The notes beneath the pieces were generated by a model, which saw nothing but the letters and a program-made list of their open reading frames with translations, made no database searches and was not told the DNA's origin. From positions 6,558 through 70,557 of the forward strand of contig CAVPXA010000033.1 in NCBI GenBank assembly GCA_963709635.1: DNA of 64,000 nucleotides, in the 5' to 3' direction. The DNA is from an uncultured Thermoleophilia bacterium. GTDB taxonomy: Bacteria; Actinomycetota; Thermoleophilia; UBA2241. Made by a program: the position numbers and the translations under genes. Each line of letters starts with the position of its first letter. The first letter of the stretch is position 1. Below, piece by piece: positions 19,503 to 27,029 of the stretch.

Positions 19503-22340
19503 TCAGGGAGCCACAGGCTCGGCCGTGAGCCGCCGCAGGTGGTGCTCCACCACGGCGGCGACCTCGTCCGGCGCGGCCTCGACCACGTCCATCTCCGGCA
19601 GGCTGGCGAGGAAGTCCTTGCGGTAGCTCTTCTGCGTGAGCCGGGGGTCCAGCACCACGATGACGCCGGCGTCGGTCTCCGTACGGATGAGCCGGCCGAA
19701 CCCCTGCCGGAACTTGAGCACCGCCTCCGGCAGGTAGAAGCGCTCGAACCAGCGCTCGCCCGCCTCCTCGCAGGCGCGCCGGCGGGCGCGGAACAGCGGG
19801 TCCAGCCGCGGGAACGGCAGCTTGGCGATCACGAGGCAGGTGAGCGAGTCGCCCGGGAAGTCCTGGCCGGTCCACAACGTGTCCACGCCCAGCAGGATGG
19901 TCTCGGGGTGCAGGCGGAACTCCTCCGCGAGGCTGGCGGCGCTGCCGTGCAGGCCCTGGGCGAGGACCAGCACGCCGTCGTCCTCCACGTGCTCGCCCAC
20001 CGCGGCGGCCACCCGGTGCATGTCGCGCTTGTTGGTGAAGAGGGCCAGCGTGCGGCCCCCGGTGACCGCGGCGATGCGCTTGAGGCGTTCTCCCTGCCGC
20101 CCGGCCAGCTCGTCCGGGCGCCAGGCGCCGCCGGGGTCGTGCTCGAGCACCAGCACCGCCTGGCGGCGGTAGTCGAACGGCGAGGGGAAGACGCGCTCGC
20201 GCGCGTCGACGTCGCCGGTGAGCCCGGTCATGTCGCGGAAGTACGCGAACGAGCCGGCCACGCTCAGCGTGGCGCTGGTGAGCACGGCGCTGCGCAGCCG
20301 CTCCCAGAGGATCTCGCGGATGCCGACGGCCGGGGTGACCGGTGAGCGGGTGAGCGACCAGCGCGGCGCGCCCGGCCCGCTCCGCGCCGCGGTCTCCAGC
20401 TCGGCCCAGGCCACGGTGTCGGGGCCGCCCCCGTCGGGAACGTCGCCGAGCAGCTCCGAGGCCACGGCCGCGTCGTCCGAGAGCGCCACGAGAGTGGCGT
20501 GCTCGCGGTGGTCCTCCGGCAGGGCTTCGGCGCCGACCGCGGCTGCGGTGGCGAGCTTGGCCAGGCTCTCGGCGAGCAGGCCCGCACTCACCTGGAACCG
20601 GTCGTGCTCCGGCAGGTCCCGAAGCCCGGCCGTGAGCCACACGGTGGTGGCGTACTCAGCGGCCTGGCCGCCGCTCTCGCCGTCCTCGCAGCGCGCGGCC
20701 GCCGCGGCCAGGGCGGCGACGGAGTCGCCGAGGGCGCGGCTGAGCCCCGGGGCCTCGGCTGCCGCGCGCTCGCAGGCGTCCGCGGCCGCGGCCAGCGCGC
20801 GGCTCTCGTCCGGCGGCAGCTTGCCCATCGCCGCCCGCAGGCGCTGCGGCAACGGGCGCTGGCGGTGCCGCCCGCGCAGGTCTCCGAGGAGCTGGTCCAG
20901 CCCCTGCGCGTCGACCCGGTCGCTGAACGCCTCGGTGGCCTCGTGATACAGCAGGTGTGCCTCGTCGATCACCACGTCGTCGAACGCCGGCAGGGTGTCG
21001 CGCCCCGAGAGCAGCAGGGCGTGGTTGACGCAGACGAGGTGCGCCGCCTCCGCGCGGCTGCGCGCGAGCCGCCAGTGGCAACTCCGCCGCACCGGGCAGA
21101 AGCGCCCCAGGCAGGTGGCGCGGGACGACCGCACCTCGTGCGCGAGGTCGGCGAGGGCGGGGAGCACCAGGGTCGCCCGGTAGGGGAGCGCCGAGAGGTC
21201 CACGTCGCCGCGGCGGGCGCGGCCGGCGAGGTAGGCGAGCGCCAGCGTGCGCTCGAGGTCGGGGAGGCTCTCGCCCTGGGCGGCGACCGCCTCGTCGAGG
21301 CGGCGCCGGCACAGGTAGTTCTCGCGGCCCATGAGGAGCGCCCAGCGCCAGCCCGGCGGCAGGGTCTCGGCGACGAGCGGCAGCTCGGCGCGCGCCAGCT
21401 GCCGCTGCAGCGCCTTGGTCTTGGTGCTCACGAGGATGCGGCGGCCGGCGGCGGCGCCGGCGAACGCCGCCGGCAGCAGGTAGGCGAGGCTCTTGCCCAT
21501 GCCGGTGCCGGCCTCGAACACACCGACGCCGCCGCGTTCGAAGATGTGCGCGGCGGCGTCGGCGAACTCGACCTGTCCGGGACGGCGGCGGAAGCCGGGG
21601 AGGCGCTCCGCGAGCCCCGGATCCTGGGTCTCGTCGCCGTCGAGCTCGGCGCGCCAGCCCTCGCGGCTGACCGGGAGCACGGCCAGCGGGCCGGGGCCGT
21701 CGGGCGGCTCCGCGGAGACCAGGGCAGGCGGCGCCTCGTCCGGCGTGGCCCCGCAGGCGTCGAGCACGGCGAGCGGCGCCCAGGAGACGCTCTCGAGCAG
21801 GCGCCGCTCAACGTCGGCCAGGCCGGCGGCGCGGCGCGCGAGCCGCGCGAGCACCGCCGCCGTCGCCTCTGCGTCGGGCAGCGCCCGGTGCGCCGGCCAG
21901 TCCAGCCCGAGCTCCTCGACGAGCACCGGCAGCGCGTGCCGGTCGAGCTCCGGCAGGAGCAGGAGCGCCGCCTCCAGCGTGTCGAACCAGACGCCGTCGA
22001 GCGGCCGCGTGCCGCTGCGCCGCGCGGCCGCCGCGAGCATCTCCCGGTCGAAGGCGGCGTTGTGGCCGACGAGCGTGGCGTCTCCCGCGAACGCGCGCAG
22101 CGCCTCGAGCGCCTCGCCGGGCGGTGGCGCGCCGACCAGGTCGGCGGGCTCGATGCCGGTGAGGCGCGAGACGAACAGCGGGACCGGCACGCCCGGGTCG
22201 ACGAGCGTGCCGAACCTGTCGACGACGGCGAGGTCCGCGTCCAGACGTACGGCCCCGATGTCGATGATGTGGTCGGTGCGCGGGTCGAGACCGGTGGTCT
22301 CGGTGTCGACGACGACGAACTGGGGACGCGGGCGGGGCAT
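19503..22340 (-). CDS. dinG: bifunctional DnaQ-like 3'-5' exonuclease / DinG-family (XPD-like) helicase
   Basis: Intact 945 aa. Exo motif FVVVDTETTGLD, Walker A AGTGMGKSLAYLLPA, four-Cys Fe-S region (CRRR...CLGRFCPVRRSC), DEAH box VIDEAHLL. TATCCT box 6 nt upstream of the ATG. Confidence 0.9.
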   Translation of the reverse strand: MPRPRPQFVVVDTETTGLDPRTDHIIDIGAVRLDADLAVVDRFGTLVDPGVPVPLFVSRLTGIEPADLVGAPPPGEALEALRAFAGDATLVGHNAAFDREMLAAAARRSGTRPLDGVWFDTLEAALLLLPELDRHALPVLVEELGLDWPAHRALPDAEATAAVLARLARRAAGLADVERRLLESVSWAPLAVLDACGATPDEAPPALVSAEPPDGPGPLAVLPVSREGWRAELDGDETQDPGLAERLPGFRRRPGQVEFADAAAHIFERGGVGVFEAGTGMGKSLAYLLPAAFAGAAAGRRILVSTKTKALQRQLARAELPLVAETLPPGWRWALLMGRENYLCRRRLDEAVAAQGESLPDLERTLALAYLAGRARRGDVDLSALPYRATLVLPALADLAHEVRSSRATCLGRFCPVRRSCHWRLARSRAEAAHLVCVNHALLLSGRDTLPAFDDVVIDEAHLLYHEATEAFSDRVDAQGLDQLLGDLRGRHRQRPLPQRLRAAMGKLPPDESRALAAAADACERAAAEAPGLSRALGDSVAALAAAAARCEDGESGGQAAEYATTVWLTAGLRDLPEHDRFQVSAGLLAESLAKLATAAAVGAEALPEDHREHATLVALSDDAAVASELLGDVPDGGGPDTVAWAELETAARSGPGAPRWSLTRSPVTPAVGIREILWERLRSAVLTSATLSVAGSFAYFRDMTGLTGDVDARERVFPSPFDYRRQAVLVLEHDPGGAWRPDELAGRQGERLKRIAAVTGGRTLALFTNKRDMHRVAAAVGEHVEDDGVLVLAQGLHGSAASLAEEFRLHPETILLGVDTLWTGQDFPGDSLTCLVIAKLPFPRLDPLFRARRRACEEAGERWFERFYLPEAVLKFRQGFGRLIRTETDAGVIVVLDPRLTQKSYRKDFLASLPEMDVVEAAPDEVAAVVEHHLRRLTAEPVAP

Positions 22341-22480
22341 GGGCCGAGGATAGCAGAGCGTGCGGTCGCTGCCTGAGGGCGGGGGAGAGGCCGGGGGTGA
22401 CAGTCGACCCGGCGCGTGGTGCCGGGAGCGGGGGATCGCTCCGGAGCACCGGCCGTCTCAGGTGAGAGGAGCGGCCGGTC

Positions 22481-23572
22481 TCAGTCCGCGGCGCGGACTG
22501 GGCCCGCGGCCGCGAGGATGGCGCCGGACGCCATGGTCGCGACGAGCCCGAGAAGCTCAGCCTGGCCGTCGCCGGCGTCGCCGGCGAGCGTGAGCGTGAG
22601 CGAGACGGTGTCGCCGCCGCAGGGCGCCGACGAGACGATGACGTGCGCGGCGCCGCTCTTGGCCGACGCCTGGTCGACGGTGCTCAGGCCGGAGGCGCCC
22701 GCGCTCTCGCCGCCGCAGCTGGCGACGCAGGAGATGGCGCCGAGCGCCCGCGCCGCCACGTCGGCGGCCGCCTGCAGCACGCCGCCGCGGTCGCGCTGCC
22801 CGTGCAGCGCCTCGTACCCGGCGGAGATGGTGTCGATCGCGTGGCGGAGCTTGAGCGCGTCCTGGTCGCTGCGCTTGAGCTGCGCGAACACCGTGGCGTT
22901 GTGCAGCGCCACGGCGGCCTGTGCCGCGACCGCGTTGGCCAGCCGCATCTCCTGGCGCGCGAACTTGCGCTCGCGCTGGTGGTCGAGGACCTCGATGAGC
23001 CCGATGCTCTCGCCCTGGTGGACCATCGGCAGGATGAGCAGGCACTTGTCGCCGTCCCGCCGCATGATGGCGACCTCGGCCGGGTCCGCGTGCGGGTCGC
23101 TCACGTTGACCGTGATGCTCTCGTGCTCCTCGATCGCGCGCCGGGCCATCGGGAACTGGCTGAGCGTGTACCTCATGGTGTCGATCTGCCGGTTGCCGCG
23201 GTCGTCGTACTCCGCCCGCACCGTGACCGTGCGTGTGGTGGGCTCGTAGTCGGAGACGACGCAGAGGTGGGCGTCGAGCAGGGTGGTCATCTGCTTCGCG
23301 ATCTCCCGCAGGAGGGCTGTGGCGTCGAGTTGACTCGAGACGGCGATGGCCGTGGCGACGAGGGTCTCCAGCTCGCGCTCGCGGGCGAGGCGGGCGGCGA
23401 GGTGGTTGCGGCCGCCGATGAGGTGGGCGAGCTCGTCGATGTCCTCCTGCTTGATGCGCCGGTGCCCCCCCGCCGTGCGCGTGCAGGGGAGGAACCCCGA
23501 CGCCGTCCAGCGGCGGATGGTGTGAGGCGAGACGCCGAGCCGGCGCGCCGCCAGTTGCACGCTCAGATACAT
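22481..23572 (-). CDS. BldC/excisionase-like HTH + GAF + second GAF-like domain regulator (paralog 1)
   Basis: ATG 23572 (codon 45 of track ORF). HTH LSVQLAARRLGVSPHTIRRWTASGFLPCTRTAGGHRRI. GAF core CVVSDYEP...LLILPMVHQGESIGLIEVLD. C-terminal ALGAISCVASCGGESAG domain. 363 aa. Confidence 0.75.
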   Translation of the reverse strand: MYLSVQLAARRLGVSPHTIRRWTASGFLPCTRTAGGHRRIKQEDIDELAHLIGGRNHLAARLARERELETLVATAIAVSSQLDATALLREIAKQMTTLLDAHLCVVSDYEPTTRTVTVRAEYDDRGNRQIDTMRYTLSQFPMARRAIEEHESITVNVSDPHADPAEVAIMRRDGDKCLLILPMVHQGESIGLIEVLDHQRERKFARQEMRLANAVAAQAAVALHNATVFAQLKRSDQDALKLRHAIDTISAGYEALHGQRDRGGVLQAAADVAARALGAISCVASCGGESAGASGLSTVDQASAKSGAAHVIVSSAPCGGDTVSLTLTLAGDAGDGQAELLGLVATMASGAILAAAGPVRAAD

Positions 23573-23578
23573 GTGCAA

Positions 23579-23607
23579 ACCGTAGCGTCCGTGCAGGGTG
23601 TCGTCAA
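23579..23607 (-). promoter_or_regulatory. promoter of paralog 1: TTGACG -17 nt- TACGGT, 6 nt to ATG (leaderless type)
   Basis: Read on the minus strand: cgagTTGACGacaccctgcacggacgcTACGGTttgcacATG. Confidence 0.5.
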
Positions 23608-23612
23608 CTCGT

Positions 23613-23645
23613 GCGAACTTCTCCGTGAGTGCGCCTGCGAAGTTC
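23613..23645. promoter_or_regulatory. GCGAACTTC -15 nt- GCGAAGTTC repeat just upstream of the -35 (operator candidate)
   Basis: GAACTTC (23615-23621) and GAAGTTC (23639-23645) are exact reverse complements. The GCGAAC(TT) motif recurs upstream of paralog 2. Confidence 0.35.
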
Positions 23646-23840
23646 TGCGGTGGCTGCTCCGAGTAAAACATGCAGCTTGTAGCCGCTTTCCGGCGACCAG
23701 TCAAGGCAGGGCGCGTGACGGTTTTCTCGCCGCGAGTGCGATCAGATGCGGAGGAACGCTGCCGCCGGGAGCCGAGGGAGGCGTGGAGCGGTCGAGGCCG
23801 GGCCGCAGAGGCGGACGCCGGCGCGCAGAGGCTGGGGGGC

Positions 23841-24914
23841 TCAGCGCGCCGCTACGGCGGACGTCACCGCGGCGACGAAGTCGAGCAGCTCGACCTGCCC
23901 CTCTCCCGGGGGCCGGGGGAGCGTGACGGCGAGCGTGAGGTCGGTCTGCCCGGAGGGATCCCGCGCGACGATGAGGTTGGCGGTGGCCCCGCGCTGGCTC
24001 TCGCTCGCGGCGGCGGCGGCCTGGCCGGCGCCGAACGCGCCGGCGCTCTCGCCGCCGAGGCTCGCAACACACGAGATGGCTCCGAGCGCTTCGCACACCG
24101 CCTGCGCCACCGTGCTCAGAGCGTCGCTGCGACGCGCGCCGTCACCGAGCTTGGGGACGTGCGCAGTGAGGGTGACGAGTGCCTCGCGCAGGTGGGAGAC
24201 GTCCTCGTCGCTGCGCCGCCGCTCGGCGAACAGCTTGGCGTTCTGGATGGCCACGGCCGCCTGGCCGGCGATGGCCTCGGCGAGGCGCAGCTCCTGCCGT
24301 GAGTACTCACGCGAGCGCTTCTGGTCCACGACTTCGAGCAGGCCGAGACTGCGACCCTGCACCACCAGCGGCACCATGAGCAGGCTGCGGTCGCCCTCCC
24401 GGCGCAGCTCGGCGACCTCCGCCGTGTCGGCGTGCGGGTCGTCGACGTTGACCACCGCGGTGGCCTGCTCGCTCAGCACGCGCCGCGTGAGCGGGAAGTC
24501 ACGCAGGCGGTAGGGGCTGGCGTCCGGCAGGCGCTGGCCCGCGTGGTCGTACTCCGCCAGCGCGCGGACGGCGTCGCTCTCCTCGTCGTACTCCGAGATG
24601 GCGCAGAAGTGGCAGCCGAGCAGGCTGGTCATGCGCATCGCGATCTCGAGCAGGAGCTCGGTGAGGTCGAGCTTCACCGCCAGCGCGGTGGCGGTGTTGA
24701 TGAGGACGTCGACCTCGCGCTCTCGCGCGAGCTGGGCGGCGAGGTGGTTGCTGCCGCCGATGGCCTTGGCGAGGTCGTCGATGTCGTGCTCGTCGATGCG
24801 CCGGTGCCCGCCGGCCGTGCGTGTACACGGGAGGAACCCAGTCGCCGTCCAGCGGCGGATGGTGACCGGCGAGACGCCGAGGCGCCGCGCGGCCTGTTGC
24901 ACGCTGAGGAGCAT
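23841..24914 (-). CDS. BldC/excisionase-like HTH + GAF + second GAF-like domain regulator (paralog 2)
   Basis: The last 357 codons of track ORF 23841..26372, starting ATG 24914. LSVQQAARRLGVSPVTIRRWTATGFLPCTRTAGGHRRI; CAISEYDE...LLMVPLVVQGRSLGLLEVVD; ALGAISCVASLGGESAG. Roughly half the residues are identical to paralog 1 by eye. Confidence 0.75.
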   Translation of the reverse strand: MLLSVQQAARRLGVSPVTIRRWTATGFLPCTRTAGGHRRIDEHDIDDLAKAIGGSNHLAAQLAREREVDVLINTATALAVKLDLTELLLEIAMRMTSLLGCHFCAISEYDEESDAVRALAEYDHAGQRLPDASPYRLRDFPLTRRVLSEQATAVVNVDDPHADTAEVAELRREGDRSLLMVPLVVQGRSLGLLEVVDQKRSREYSRQELRLAEAIAGQAAVAIQNAKLFAERRRSDEDVSHLREALVTLTAHVPKLGDGARRSDALSTVAQAVCEALGAISCVASLGGESAGAFGAGQAAAAASESQRGATANLIVARDPSGQTDLTLAVTLPRPPGEGQVELLDFVAAVTSAVAAR

Positions 24915-24921
24915 GAGCCCG

Positions 24922-24950
24922 AACCTAGCCGGGGCGGCAGGTGAAGTCAA
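24922..24950 (-). promoter_or_regulatory. promoter of paralog 2: TTGACT -17 nt- TAGGTT, 7 nt to ATG (leaderless type)
   Basis: Read on the minus strand: gcgTTGACTtcacctgccgccccggcTAGGTTcgggctcATG. Confidence 0.5.
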
Positions 24951-24951
24951 C

Positions 24952-24988
24952 GCGAACAGGTTCTGTGGGCGGGTTCGCACAAGTTCGC
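24952..24988. promoter_or_regulatory. cluster of GCGAAC / GTTCGC / AAGTTCGC repeats upstream of paralog 2 and divergent MFS gene
   Basis: GCGAAC 24952-24957, GTTC 24960-24963, GTTCGC 24973-24978, AAGTTCGC 24981-24988 (the reverse complement of GCGAACTT seen at 23613-23620). Confidence 0.3.
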
Positions 24989-25091
24989 GTGCTCGCGTGG
25001 TCGCGCCGGTCGCCGGTTTCACCGGGACGGTCGTGACGGTTCTGACGCTGCCCTGGGACCGCGGCGCGGGCGGCTCGGATAGCATGGAGCC

Positions 25092-26345
25092 ATGTTCGCC
25101 CGCGCCCGTGCTTATCTCCGTGACCTGCTCTCCTACCCGCACCAGTTCTGGGTGCTCACCGCCGGGATCTTCATCTACGTCGGCGCCGCGGCGCTCGCGT
25201 TCCCGTTCGAGGCCATCTACCTGCGCACCGAGCTCGACACGTCGATGACGATGATCGGTGTCGTGTTCGGGCTCGTCCCGCTCGCCGTGATGCCGGTGCA
25301 GTTCTGGGGCGGGCACCTCACCGACAAGCTCGGGCGTCGCGTCATCATCATGCTGTCCGTCCTCGTCGGCGTGGTGTGGTTCGTCGGCTTCGCCTTCGTC
25401 ACCGAGCTCTGGCAGGTGGCGCTGCTGGTGGCGGTAGAGAGCGCCTTCGGCTGGCCTCTCTTCCAGACGGCGAGCAACGCGATGATCGCCGACCTGCTGC
25501 CGGCCGAGCGGCGGCAGTCCGGGTTCGGCGTCACGCGCGCGGCGATGAACTTCGGTGTGGTGGTGGGGCCGGTGGCCGCGGGACAGGCGCTGGGGCTCGG
25601 GGTGAGCTACCGCTCGCTGTTCCTCGCCGCGGCCACGGGCTGCCTGCTGATGGTCGTGGTGATGGCCATCTGGATCCGCGAGAGCCGGCCGGCCAGCGCG
25701 CTGCAGCGCGTGCGTCACGTGGATCGCGAGGGGCGCAGCGGCTACCGCAGGGTGTTCCACGACCGGGTGTTCATCGTGTTCTGCCTCGCCGCCGTGCTGC
25801 CGGTGTTCTGCATCGGCAACTTCGGCTCGATCTACGCCGTGTATATCACCGACTTCCTCGGCGTCCCGAGCAGCACCTGGGCCTACCTGCTCACGCTCAA
25901 CGCGCTCATCGTCGTGGTGGTGCAGATCCCGCTGGTGAACGCGCTGCGTCGCCGCAACCGCATGCTGCAGCTGGCGGCGTCCAGCGCGTTTCTGGCCGTG
26001 GGCATCGGGGGGTCGGCGTTCGCGGGACCGGTGTGGTCGCTGGTGGCGCTCATCGCCATCCTGAGCCTGGGCGAGACCCTGCTGTCGCCGGTAGCCTCGG
26101 CGGAAGTGGCGGATCTGGCTCCTGAGGCCGTGCGCGGCCGCTACATGGGCGTGTGGACGGTGGTGTGGAACGGCGGCGCCGCGCTCGGGCCGGCGTTCGG
26201 CGGCTGGGCGATGGACGAGTTCGGGGCGCGCGAGGCGTTCGCGACGCTGCTGGTGGTGGGACTGGCCGGCGCCGTCTGGTTCCTGGCGCTGGCGCCGGGC
26301 TGGAGCCGGCGGCGCAGGGCGGCGGAGGCCCGGGCGACCGCGTAG
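25092..26345 (+). CDS. MFS transporter
   Basis: Intact 417 aa with ~12 hydrophobic helices and an MFS loop motif GHLTDKLGRRVIIM. TAGCAT box 6 nt upstream of the ATG. Confidence 0.8.
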   Translation: MFARARAYLRDLLSYPHQFWVLTAGIFIYVGAAALAFPFEAIYLRTELDTSMTMIGVVFGLVPLAVMPVQFWGGHLTDKLGRRVIIMLSVLVGVVWFVGFAFVTELWQVALLVAVESAFGWPLFQTASNAMIADLLPAERRQSGFGVTRAAMNFGVVVGPVAAGQALGLGVSYRSLFLAAATGCLLMVVVMAIWIRESRPASALQRVRHVDREGRSGYRRVFHDRVFIVFCLAAVLPVFCIGNFGSIYAVYITDFLGVPSSTWAYLLTLNALIVVVVQIPLVNALRRRNRMLQLAASSAFLAVGIGGSAFAGPVWSLVALIAILSLGETLLSPVASAEVADLAPEAVRGRYMGVWTVVWNGGAALGPAFGGWAMDEFGAREAFATLLVVGLAGAVWFLALAPGWSRRRRAAEARATA

Positions 26346-26378
26346 CGGCCGCGCCCGGGCCTCCGCCGTCACCCCGCC

Positions 26379-26894
26379 TCAGAGGCTGAGCGCGTCCTGG
26401 AGGTCGCGGGCGTGCTCCTCCTCGATGATGAGGATGTCCTCGAGCGCGCGGCGCAGGCCGTACTCCTGCAGCATCTCGGCCTGGGCGATGCGCTCGCGAT
26501 AGCGGGCGATCGCGTCCAGCTCACCCTCGAGGTCCTGCTCGAGCATCACCTTGGAGTCGGGCGAGATGTGCGCCTGGGCCACGTCGACGCCGGGCACGCC
26601 GCCGAAGAAGTCGATCTGGTCGGAGAGCGAGATGGCGTGCGCGTGCTCCTCGTTGGAGTGCACGACGAGCTCGGCCTTGATCGCGTCGTACTGGGGGCCG
26701 GTCATGGCGGCGGCGTGCTGCACGTACTGCACCAGCGCCTGGAACTCCTTGGCGAGGTCGTCGTTCAGCAGGTCGATGAGCTCCTCGCGGGTGACCTTGC
26801 GCGGCGCGCGCCGCTCGAGGTCGGCGGCGGTGCGGGTCCTGGTCGCCTTGGCCTTCGCGGGGCTCGCGGTCTTCTTGGCGGCTGGCTTGGCCAC
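26379..26894 (-). CDS. ferritin-like (bacterioferritin/Dps-like) four-helix-bundle protein with Lys/Ala-rich N-terminal tail
   Basis: GTG 26894 (codon 27 of track ORF) after GAGGAGAG. Tail VAKPAAKKTASPAKAKATRTRTAA. Di-iron-type ligand pattern EFQALVQY..NEEHAH..LEGELDAIARY..EEEHARDL. Confidence 0.7.
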   Translation of the reverse strand: MAKPAAKKTASPAKAKATRTRTAADLERRAPRKVTREELIDLLNDDLAKEFQALVQYVQHAAAMTGPQYDAIKAELVVHSNEEHAHAISLSDQIDFFGGVPGVDVAQAHISPDSKVMLEQDLEGELDAIARYRERIAQAEMLQEYGLRRALEDILIIEEEHARDLQDALSL

Positions 26895-27029
26895 GGGCTC
26901 TCCTCTCGTGATGGGGTTCCGGCGGCCGTCCCCGGCGGGGGCGGCCGCCCGCATCAGGGTACCGCAGGGCAACGGCGCGGGGCGCCGCCGGCGAGGCCCT
27001 GCGGGCCCGGCCGGCGGCGCCCCCGCCGC

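Noticed and set aside
15160-22480. Additional LexA boxes upstream of sbcD, dinG (and of polA at 41636-41681, uvrC at 55049-55108)
   Set aside because: I scanned these spacers for GAAC-N4-GTTC and found none. The GAAC-AG-GTTC at 24954-24963 has the wrong spacing.
23841-26372. 843-aa ORF on the - strand
   Set aside because: Only the last 357 codons (from ATG 24914) form the HTH-GAF regulator. The upstream part is antisense to the MFS transporter and crosses a promoter region.
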